NCBI GenBank assembly: GCA_965178125.1
Contig: OZ237773.1
Location: 434,001 to 498,000, forward strand
DNA length: 64,000 bases
Direction: 5' to 3'
DNA from: Bilabrum cf. latius
Taxonomy: Eukaryota
A model generated the notes under the pieces. The model saw only the letters and a list, made by a program, of their open reading frames with translations, did not search any database and was not told the origin of the DNA. A program made the translations under genes and the position numbers. Every line of letters begins with the position of its first letter. Position 1 is the first letter of the stretch. This document shows positions 12,700-23,185 of the stretch, piece by piece.

Positions 12700-14030
12700 G
12701 GGGCACCCCCGGCCGGGCGAAGAAGTGCCGAATTTCGACCCGAACGGGTCCCACCAGTGGCCGCCACCCCGCTGCGGCCCTGGCAGGCCGCGCCAGGCCG
12801 TCGCTCCCGCGGCCCCCAGAGCCGACAGGGCGCTCAGATGCCTTCTTCTGGGTCTTACAGCCAGGGAGGCCTCTTCCCTCAGATCGTGTCGAGCGCCTCG
12901 AGCTGCTTGCTGGCCAACACAGCCGCCGCCCCCCTGGCCGCCCGAGGCGCGTCCTCTCCCTCGGCATCGATCTGCGCCTCGAAATCGGGAATTTCCTCGC
13001 CCATCGAATCGGGGGCGACATCGCCGCCTTATACTGCGTCCATCATCGCGGCAGCCGCGCCCTTTGCATCCTCGTCGCCCGCCACGGCGGCCGCCGCGCC
13101 CCCCTCGTCCTCGTCCTCGTCGCTCCCGTAGTGGATCCACCCCCGGTCCTCCGCCATGGCTCTCGCAAACGTCTCTTGGTAGTCCATTCCCTTTTGCGTG
13201 GGCAGCTTCCTTCAGCTCGATCTGCGAGAGGCCGGTGCTGGGCGTCGGACCGCTTCGAGGCGTCCGCCAGGCCGTCCTCGTACTCGTCCTCGCTGGACCC
13301 ACCCCCTGCCTCGCCCTCCACGGCAAGCACCTCCCGCCGCCTTCGAGTTCCGCTCCTGACCCTCCCCTTTCTCGCCCTGCCTCTGCCCACCCCCCCCCAC
13401 CCCCCCCCGTCTGCCCCTTGCTGGTGCCGTCCGAGGCAGAGTTCAGTTGCGAGCAGATCTGATTGCGACTGCGGCTGCTGCAGTGCCACTGCAGCCGTGC
13501 CTGCTCTGCCCCCGCTCCCTCTTCCGATGGTGGTGCGGGCCATCTGCAGCCACTTGCTGACAGTGGTGTCGACCCGCCCCCGCCACGAGGCCCGCGCCTC
13601 CTCCTGTTGCAATGCAAGCTCTCCGGTATGCAGCCCGTCGTCACATTTAGCCAGCAGCGCGGGCAGTAGGAATACCAGCCGCACCATGCCCTCGAGGCGA
13701 CAGGCCTGCATCAGCAGGCCCACCACCTCGGTGCCCGCCAGATCCCGCCGGAGACCTGACATGCGGCGCGCGTCCTCGTCCGCCTCCCCCTCCTCCACAG
13801 CCCCTTCATCCTCGCCCCCCTCCCCTCCCCCGCCTCCTCGCCCCCACCCCCGCCCCCCTCCTCGTCTCCGTCCGTACCGCCGCGCCCCCCGCCTCGCCCA
13901 CTCTCGGCTACAGACAGGTAGTCCGAGGCCGCCGTCCAGCGCGCGGCGTGCTCCTGCCGCACGGCATCCATGAGGGCCCCAAGCAGCACGTCCTTGGGGT
14001 CCGCTGACCACGTCAGGGGGGGGGGGGGTG
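12700..14030 (-). pseudogene. Degenerate coding-like remnant of an unknown gene
   Basis: Protein-like segments switch between frames, and the most protein-like distal frame contains TAA (13031-13029) and TGA, which are not seen inside intact genes here. Boundaries are approximate. Confidence 0.4.
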
Positions 14031-15268
14031 GCCGTCGTCCGCCCCGCCGTAGGCACTTTTACCCGGAGTCTTTACGGCCGCAGTCGAAGCAGACCCGGCA
14101 GACAAAGCAGGCGCGGAAGGAGCAGAGACCCCCATCTCTGTCGCCTGCCCCGCCTTAGAGCCATGCCATGAGTCCTTTCACTCTGGGTCAGATATCCCGA
14201 GTTCCAGTGATGTTGTACTCGTACAAGCCAAGGGCAACCAGACAGGCCGCCAGCACGCCGAGCGCGGAGGCCCCCGTCCCGGGTGTGCCTGCGCTCTCAT
14301 ACCCCAAGCTCTCCTCTAAAGAATAATATTTCTGCGTCGTACACGATGGTAGGAAAATGGGCTGCACGCATCGCCGCAAAACGGAGGAAAGTGGGAAACC
14401 GCGCGATTCGAGCCCATAAAAAGGCTCTGACTTGCATCGACGATTGCAAAAAAGTATCATCTCCAATATCAGCGAAACACGGCCAATCTCTTTGAAACTT
14501 CAAGAACAAAGTGATGGTCCCGGCAAAACAATCGCCCCACCAAGACACGCCGAGCGCAGTGCAAACATGCACGGCCCCGAACCCCAAAAACTAACGACCT
14601 TGCGGTAGCGGCAATGGCTTCCGAGTGAAACATCACCACAGATGCGGTCCAAAAAGGATAAAACTAATATCTTACACCAATCAATGGCGGAATTTTCACC
14701 ATGGACCAAGATTGTGCTGCGCTAGAGGCGCTGGCAGATGTGCGCTTGCGCTCGGTTGCAATCTCCATTCAATCCGGGGGGGCTACGCGAGATCTGCGCG
14801 AGACAGACAACAATAGCCCTTAGACAATTAATTACGGCAAAATCCAAAATATGGGAGAGATTTTTTTTCTTCTAAAAATGCCTGAAGCCTGAGAAAAGTG
14901 GGCGGCAAGCCGACGACAGGAAACGGCCTAAATCACTAAGACCCGGCAAGCGGCTTACACTTGAAGCTTCAGCGGGCGCAGGCACGACGATCGGATTTTC
15001 ATATCATACAGACTCATGTTTACCGCAAGAGAATCACCATAAACCAATCGTAGTTGGAGCTCGAGTGCCGCAAAGTTTCAGATGCTCGACCGGGTCCGCC
15101 AAATTAGGTTCCGCTACTAGCGCGCCGCGCGCGGCGATAAACTACGCGTAACTATCTGAGTACTAAATCATATTTGTGCACGCGTCTCCCCGACTCGCAT
15201 ACCTCCTTGCCGCCCACTGCGTCATCGCAAAGTGATACAACGGTCGCGTCAGCATCAGACTTGCAAAA

Positions 15269-16948
15269 ATGCGGTCAATCGTTTCTACGCTGATGGCTCT
15301 CGCCGCCTGCTCGACGCTCAGTGTTTACGGGCGACGAGCAGCAGGCCAGCAGCACCTTCGCGCTGGCTCTTTTTCGTCGGTCTCGCTCCACGCTGAGAGC
15401 GGGAGTTATGAGCGCGATTGGGCTTCATTTCTGAACAAAGACAAACTCGACACGTTCTCCTGCGATGTGAGCGCCTTGGCCGCAAGGAAGCCGGCAAAGG
15501 GCGACAGGCTCCGGAAAGGCGAGATTCTGCATTCTGCCGTGGGCCCACTCGGTAGCAGCACTCTGTCCAAGGATTCAACGAGTATGTGGCTCCGGGCTGA
15601 CTGCTACCTGGACGTTTCTGGCAAGTTAGAGACGGAAATGATAGTCGAGCGCAAGCCAGAGGAGGCCGGCCACTGTGCGCTGCTCCTGACGGATGCGTCG
15701 TGCAGCACGCATGGAGACCTGGCCATCATCGACACGGATACGGGCAAGTACCTCTGGCGGGTGGAATCCTCTATCTTCACACCCGAGGTGGACACGTTCC
15801 TGGTCTAGGGGGACGGCAACGCGGTTCTCCTTCAGGAAGGCGCGCAGCTGCTGTGGAGCACCAGGAACTATATGCACAACGATTACAAAAATCCCAAGGG
15901 GGGGTATTTCCACTTCGATCTGGAGGTGCGGGAGAACGTGCACAGTCTGCACTGCGATGCAGGGGCCTTGCAGTCGTCGTACCACCAAGTGACCGACGGC
16001 GACGTGCTGTCTCCGAAGCAGGTACTGCGCGCCGAGGCCGCCCTGAAGGCGGGCGAGGGGGAGGGCGTCGAGCTGCGCATGCAGGGAGACTGCAACCTGG
16101 TGGTGTACCGAGGGGGCAAGGCGGTGTTTGCGACCAACACGGCGGGCAAGGGTACTGAGGGGAAGTGCGCGCTCATCATCACAGGGGACGGGTGCAACAC
16201 CCAGGGCGACCTGGCCATCGTGGACAGCGCCTCCGGGCAGTACATCTGGCGGGTGCCTGCCTCGCTGATGGACCCGGGTGCAGATACCCTTCGTCTGCAG
16301 GGGGATGGGAATGCCGTCCTGTTCCAGCAGGGGGGTGCTATCGCGTGGTCGGCGGGGTCGGCGGACCTGGACAGTCCTGACGACGACGAGACCTTCGGCA
16401 ATGGTCGCAAGACGGTGGCGCTGCAGGCGGCCATCAATGGGTGGTCTCCTCGCTGCGACCCCCAGGCGCTTGCTAAGCGACCTGCCGCCCGGAGGAACCA
16501 GCTGTGGGACTCCGAGGTGCTGGCCATGGGGAAGTAGCTCCAGTATAACGCACACGGCTACAGGAGCACTCTGACGGTGCAGGATGACTGCAACCTGGTG
16601 GAGACGAGAGGTGACGAAAACATCATCTGGAAGTCAGATACCCGGAACAAGGCCCAGAAGTGTGCACTCGTCATCACGGGGGAGGAGTGCGACCGCGCGG
16701 GAGATCTTGCTCTCGTGGACATGGACAGCGGGGCATACCTGTGGAGCATCGACACGTCCTACATGTGGCCCACGGCCAAGATGCTGGAGCTAGACGACGT
16801 GTCTCTATCGCTGCATCAGCAGGCTACGCTCGCCGATATCTGGAAGTCGTATAAACATGACATGTTCAGTTCGAATACTCATGAGGGACATCCACAAGAA
16901 AGGTTCGAGGAGGCGTTTGCGTATTGGGGCAAGTCCCAGGATAAGTGA
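15269..16948 (+). CDS. Secreted bulb-type lectin-domain protein, copy B, 559 aa
   Basis: Paralogue of 9931-11610 with the same length. In-frame TAG at 15806 (the Q of a QGDGN motif) and 16535; TGA 16946-16948. Confidence 0.8.
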
Positions 16949-17251
16949 GGGGGGTGTTGATGTTCGGCTGTCGTGAACAAAAGCACAAGTGGCATTGCAC
17001 GCCATCGACGCTGATGTGTGCTATGGCAAGCGTCGGGTCAGTAGCCGGCGGAAGGAGGCTGCCAGTGACGCGCAGGAGGGGCCGTATCTGACCAGCTTGC
17101 GCTGCCATTATGGGCACCAGCATGATTTGACAAGTACTGATTCATTGGTTTTCCATTGAAGCCAGGTCAATCAATCAGAGCCGTTCACATGAATACAGCT
17201 CGCATCACAGCACGCGGCCCCCCCCCATCGCACTCGTCACACGAGCCCGCA

Positions 17252-19208
17252 TCATCGGCCCCTGCTCCGACTACTCGCCCCCCTGGACAGAGCGGCCATG
17301 ACCCCGCCCCCAGAACCCCCATACCCTCCCCCCGCGCCGCCACCGCTGCTCTCCGCCCCCGAAGCAGCCCCGCCCGCCGCCTGGGCCTCCTTGCCCCTGA
17401 TGGCTGCCACGTGATCCCCGATGCTGTCCGCGACTGCCCCCGCCTGATCCGCAACGGCACTGGCCATCTGCGCCAGTCGCGCGTGCGGGGACTGCACCGC
17501 CGCCCGCATGCGCACCTGCTTGCCCCGGGTGTCGATCCGGGCAGTGAGCCCCGCCCCCCGCACCAGCTGCACGATCCACCTCTCCGCCTCCTCCTCCTCC
17601 ACCCTCAGCTCCTCGGCGACCTTCTTGATGTCCACCGTGCTGTGCAGCTTGCAGTACAGCTGGTACACCTGCTTGCGCGCGCTCTCGAGGAACAAGTCAG
17701 ACAAAGAGCCCCCTGCCCCCTCGCCCCCCGCCCCGGCCCCCGCCACGCTCGACAGGAAAAAGTCCGACGCGATCACCTGCTCGCATGCTTTGAGCGCAGA
17801 CCGGGCCGCCTCCAGGTCGTGTTCCCTGACCAGCGCCAGGGCGAGGTCCACCATCGGATCGGAGGAGCGGTCCGCCACGTCATCCAGGAGGCCCAGCAGC
17901 CGGGGCCGCTCGTCCTCCAGCTTGCCTAGCGTGACGAGCGCGAACACCACGTACCGCACCAGCCAGGGGCAGTGCATGCGGATCACGTGGTTGTTTCTGC
18001 GAGGGAAGAGGGAATGGGGAGCGGGCAAGCAGGAGTGTGAGGGGGCCGCATATATTGGGGTGGTGGCAGACACGTCGGCCGATCGGCTGGGTCGCGCGTT
18101 CCATGGCCGTCAGTGCGCTGCACCCTAGTACCACCGTCTGTTTCCTCACGCTCGTTCCTCGAGAAACAGCTGCACCAGCATGGCCAGCCCGTCGGTCCCC
18201 AACGCATCCGCATCTGCCCCCAGGCAGGGGAAGAGCGCCGCGTGCAGCATGCTGGCCCGCTGCATCGCCCTGTCCGCCTCGCTGGGGAAATCGTGCCTGC
18301 GGATCTGCTCGGCCAGGGCATCCAGGTCCTGCCGCGCATACTGCACGGACTTTGTCAGCACCTCGGAGAGGAGCTTGCCCCACAGCGCGGGCACAGCCTC
18401 CGGTTCCTCGTCCGCCACCAGCTGCCGGTAGTACACGAGGTAAAACCCCGAGCACGCGAACCCGTTCATGTCTCCGTCGAGCTCGGGCCCGCACTCGAAC
18501 ACGAATCGAGCCAGCTGGGAGAAGGCTTCGATTTCGTCCTCCGTGACACCCTCGTGCTCCAGCAGCTGCTGCCTGGTGAACGTTCCTTCCTGGAAGAGCT
18601 CCAGAGCCCGCTGGCTCGGCTGCAGGCTGCCTGTGTCGGGGTCCACCAGCTTCAGCAGGGCCCCGGAGCGCTCGCACAGGTCGTTATATGCCTTCTTCAT
18701 TGATTCCTGGCTGCCATACTCGCCTTCCTTTGGGGCTGCGCCGTGGAGCTCCTCGTGCATGGCTGCGCACAGAGCAGGTCGGCGGATCCTCGAGGCCAGC
18801 TTCAGCCTCGATCGGAGCAAGCTATCTCTATCATATACCTGCAGGCACAAGGATTGGAACACGAGATTGGGTTGCAAGAGTCGTGCAGTGTTGGCTCTTA
18901 AAAAGCTACACCTCGATCGCGTTCGAGCTCGCCTCACGCTGTTTTCCTGCACCCATCTCAACATATCAAGGAGAAGAACGGGTTCCATGAATTTGGACAT
19001 ACTCATGACCGGATCGAATTCTGTATTGGACGAGAGGACAGCAAATACACAGAAAATTGACAGGTAGAGACACACAGTTCTTGCAGCCGCACCATTCAAG
19101 CGTATCGGGCGTCCGTGCTGCCTCACCGGCTGAAGGAGTCATGTCTGTCCAAGTACCCTTCGCATCACTAGGTGCAGAACTACCAGATCCGCTCGTTGCA
19201 GCAGACAT
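17252..19208 (-). CDS. EIF3E: Eukaryotic translation initiation factor 3 subunit E (divergent), full-length copy
   Basis: Four exons (introns 19126-19021, 18937-18839, 18149-17997). Motifs ALWGKLLSEVL, QRASMLHAALF, CPWLVRY, CEQVIASDFFL, YCKLHSTVDI, EAERWIVQLVR..ARID. No in-frame TAG. Confidence 0.85.
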
Positions 19209-19331
19209 GGTAGAGTACTGATTCTGCAGGCTCGAACTCGCGAGAGGGCACCGAGGCAACACTGCCTTTTTTGCAATCGCACGCTACAAAAGCCCCAACA
19301 GCAACTGCTGGATCATGGCGGCCATCCACGC

Positions 19332-20552
19332 ATGCGCAGTGCAATAACAACAAGAAATTTGCACCGCAGCTTGTATTTAAAGCTAGCACATAGGCAAGGA
19401 CAGCGTTGCGTCTCGGTATGGGTTTCTCCGAAGGATGAGTGTGTACCAAAAGGTTCGTTTTGTGAGGATCACGTGGCTATCCACCATGATAAGCCACCAG
19501 GGGATGGTAATGCGAATGCTGGCGAAAGGAACAGGTTTGACATCGTTAAGCTGGGAGCCTTCGTGTTTCGGGGGCTGGTGCCAGACGAGGTCTCGAGCGC
19601 GGCCAGTGAGCACGCAATCAACACGATGTCTCGCCGCCGGTACGAAGGCGGGCACTGGGATGGAGTGATCCACGGGTACAAAGAGACCAAGTCGAGCCTG
19701 AAGGCCCTTATTGGAACTCCCATGGCCCACGCACTCCCCGCTCTGCGCGAGATCCAGCCACCGCGCAGCATCCGCCGCATGCAGCCCCAGGCACACGTGC
19801 TGCAGCTCGCCCGGTACGGCCGCATCGACGGCCACGTGGACGCGGTGAAGTTCTGCGGACACACTGTGGCGGGGGTGTGCCTGGGATCGGACGCCGTCAT
19901 GCGCCTGGAGCTGGACGAGTCCACGATCCTCGACACATCACCTGAACGGAAGGGGGCGCTGCTGCCCCTCGGGTGGGAGTACTCGCTGGACGAGGAGGGG
20001 GCGCTGGGGGCGCTGGGTGGGGACACGGGTGCAGCGCATGGCGGTGCAGGACCCAGCTGGGAGGACCTCGCCCCCGGGGCCCGGGACATCGCTCTGTCCA
20101 TGCTCCGATCTATGCCTCCCACGATCGACCTGCTGCTGCCCGCAGGCGGGGGCTACTGCCTCGCGGGCCCCGCCCGGTTTGCCTACAAGCACTCCATTCT
20201 GGAGGACCCAGAGCCAGTAGCTGGCTGTGGGGCAGAAGCACGCGCAGCAGGTGCAGGTGCATCGCAGGGTGGTGCCGCCTAGTCCCCGCTGGGGTGGGAC
20301 TGGGACGTGGGGCGCCCTTTAGACCTGGAGCCGGCTGGGTGCACGGTGGTGGACACGGTGTTTGGGGAGTCGAGGGCGGTGAAACGTGAGAGGAGGAGGA
20401 AAGGGGTCGATGCGGAGGCAAAGGGGGTCGAAGAGGCAGGGGCCCATGGATGGCCAGCCCTCGGTGATCGTCACACCCGCGTGTCACTCATCGTGCGAGA
20501 TGCTCCGCTTGATGAGCTCTCGGGCGAGCCGGGGCCCAACCGGAGGAGATAA
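19332..20552 (+). CDS. 2OG-Fe(II) dioxygenase, AlkB family (ALKBH7-like)
   Basis: Motifs RYEGGHWDGVIHGYKE, IDGHVDAVKFCG (HxD), ARFAYKHSIL. The C-terminal RVSLIVRD motif lies after in-frame TAG 20280-20282. Ends TAA 20550-20552. Start is uncertain. Confidence 0.82.
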
Positions 20553-20850
20553 CACGAAGCGAGGAGATGGGATGCGGTACATTGTATACAAAAATTTAAC
20601 GTGCTGTAGACCATGCCCGAGTGTGTTACCCGAGGGATAATAATCGCAGAATCGTCCAGTTGCGTCACCGGGCACTACCGATGTAAGCCTATGCCAAGAC
20701 AGTCTGGGGGGGCCTGGGATCGGATCAAAGGATCGGATCAGCCGGGACCCCGAAGAGCTTCATTTTGGCGTAATTTGCTAATTTGCGCACCCCTTTGGCC
20801 TCGTGGAGCCGTAGCTTCGCCAAGCAATCTCACTTCATGTCACTGGCAGG

Positions 20851-20915
20851 TCATGTCATGTCATGTCATGTCATGTCATGTCATGTCATGTCATGTCATG
20901 TCATGTCATGTCATG
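20851..20915. repeat. (TCATG)13 microsatellite overlapping the bZIP stop codon
   Basis: 13 perfect pentamer units read directly from the sequence. Confidence 0.95.
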
Positions 20916-23044
20916 GCTCCCTGCCCCCCTGCGCTACCAGCACCACCAGCCGATGACGAGGACGATGATGACGAAGTTGCCACCTGTGCCCCTGCTCCCG
21001 CCCCGGCCCCGGCCCCCGCGGCCTGCCTCTGCCCCTGCCCCTGCCCCTGTTGGGCCTGCTCGCCCACCACCTCGGCCAGCTTGTCCCTGTTCCTCTCCAC
21101 CCACCCCAGGTACCTAATCGCTTGTGCCGGACTCAGCACTGACAGCATGTCGTCCTCCAGCCGCTGCACCTCCGATGTGGCCGCCACTGCCGCGTCCCTA
21201 AACCTCCTGTTGTAGAGGATGGCCTTGCCTAGCCGCTTGATCTCCTGCGGGTGGTCTGGATCCTCACGCAGCTGGTGCAGGCCTCGCCGCAGTCGCTGCG
21301 CCTGGTCCGGGCTCAATCCCAGCTCGCTAACGAAGAGAGACCAGAAGTCGCTCGCGGCCTGCAGCTCGGCCTGGGCGCGAGGGTCGGCGGCCGCCGCGTC
21401 CGCACCACGCGCGCCACCTCGAGTGCTGCCTGCGCCCGCCCTCCTGCCCCCCGCGCCACCGCCGCTGCTTCCGCTGCCTCCCCCCCCTGAGTTCTCGAAG
21501 AACGCCGCGGGCTGCTGGCCCAGCCACGCCAGGAACTTGAGGTGCGGGGGGCACAGGGCCCTCAGCAGCGAATCGAAGTGGAACTCCATCACAGCAAGTC
21601 GCTCCAGCGTGGCGGGCCCAAACCTCTCACGCAGCAGGGGCAGTGCCGCCTCCAGCGCTGCCTGATCGCCAGGGGTGGGCGCGGGGTTGTAGGCCAGCGG
21701 CTCCAAAGCGGCGAGCAGGGCAGCTTTCTGCCTGTCAAGCTCAGCAGGCATGTGCTGCACGTGCTGCAGCCTCAGCTTGTCCACCTCCACGCTCAGCACA
21801 CGCACTCGTTCCTCCAGGGTCTCAAGATACATTTTCTTCCTCCTGCGGCTCTCCCTCGCACTCGCCCGATTCCTCGCCAACCGGTCTTCCCTCCGCCGCT
21901 CCTCCCCTCTGCCCCCGCCACCGGACCGACCGCCGCTGCCGCTACCGCCCCCAGACGACTATTGCTGCTGTTGTTGCTGCTGCTGCTGCGGCTGTGCACT
22001 GGCCCCAGCCCGCGCCCCCGCCCCCCGCTGCCTGTCCCCCCCTCCATCACCACCACCAACTCCGAACCCCCGGCTATTGCCTTCATCCATGCCCCCCATG
22101 CCCCCCATGCCCCCCATGCCCCCCATGCCCCCCGCGAGTGTCGGTGTCCCTGCCAGCCCCGGACGCACTCCAAACGCGTCAGACTGCGCCGTGCCATATC
22201 CCCCCACACTCACGCCTGTTCCCCGGCCGGACATCCCTGGTGCACCCCCCCCTTGCTGCAGAGCACTTGACCCCGCCGCGGGGGGCAGGGGTATGGCACC
22301 CGTGGGCATAGAGAGCGACCCCGTGCCGCTGCCGGGGGTCATGGGCATCCCCCCGGATGAGCCCGCCCCCGCATTCCCCCAGGTGAGCCCCGCCCCTCCC
22401 GCGCTGCCCCCATACCCAGTGGGCACGCTACCGCCGATGGACCCAAGCGCAGAGCCCGGAGCTGAGTATCCCGTTCCCGGTGTGCTGGCGAGGTGCGCCA
22501 AGTGTCCAGACGCAGGGGAAGGATTCGCCCCGTCGATTCGTGCCTACAATGCACCAGCTGGACCTCCTGCACCTCCGAGGTAGGCCGACGTGCCGCTGCC
22601 GCGAGAGTATCCCGAGAACTGGCTCTGGCCGCCCGCACCCATCGGCTGCTGGCCTTGCTCGCTCGACTGCGCGGTGAGTGCAAGAAAATGTATCGGATTG
22701 GAGCGTGAACAGACTGCGCAGCGTCACGGGAGCATCGCGTCCAAGTGACGTCGCGTTGCCACGGGCGCCGTCTGAGCACTGCGCAGACCACTCACGGGGT
22801 TGAAATTACTCGACTGCCCACTTGGTGGCGTGGTGTGGGGCTAGAATACCATACCAGATCCGGAAGGAACGCTCTCTAAGCCTTGGCTATCGCCTGGGGC
22901 ACCCCCGAAATCTCCTAATGACCCGATGCCGCCCCCGTCCAAGCTATCGGCATCAGAGTCTCCTCCAGGGTCGATCCGCCCCCCCTAGCCCTATCCTGAA
23001 ACATCTAGCCCAAAACTGTTGTCCATAGCATCTTCGTCGTGCAT
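20906..23044 (-). CDS. bZIP transcription factor with Gly/Gln-rich N-terminus
   Basis: Basic region RLARNRASARESRRRKKMYLETLEERVRVL. Predicted intron 22795-22667. Five in-frame TAG, one ending a CAG/CAA poly-Q run (21961-21959). The start at ATG 23044 is inferred. Confidence 0.8.
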
Positions 23045-23185
23045 GCTCTCGCAACTTTGTTTGGCGGCATCGGGTGGATCGCCCGCCGCGCATTTTCCGC
23101 CGGCCCGGCGGAACCACCAAATCCGAAGGCCAGAGGTGGGCAATAGAAGTGACAACAAGGCCTAGTAGCCCGCTGCAAGAATACA

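Noticed and set aside
14160-15190. tRNA-Gln(CUA), ncRNA or transposon end in the AT-richer interval
   Set aside because: I saw no cloverleaf, terminal inverted repeat or transposase motif by eye. tRNAscan-SE or Infernal would be needed to exclude them.
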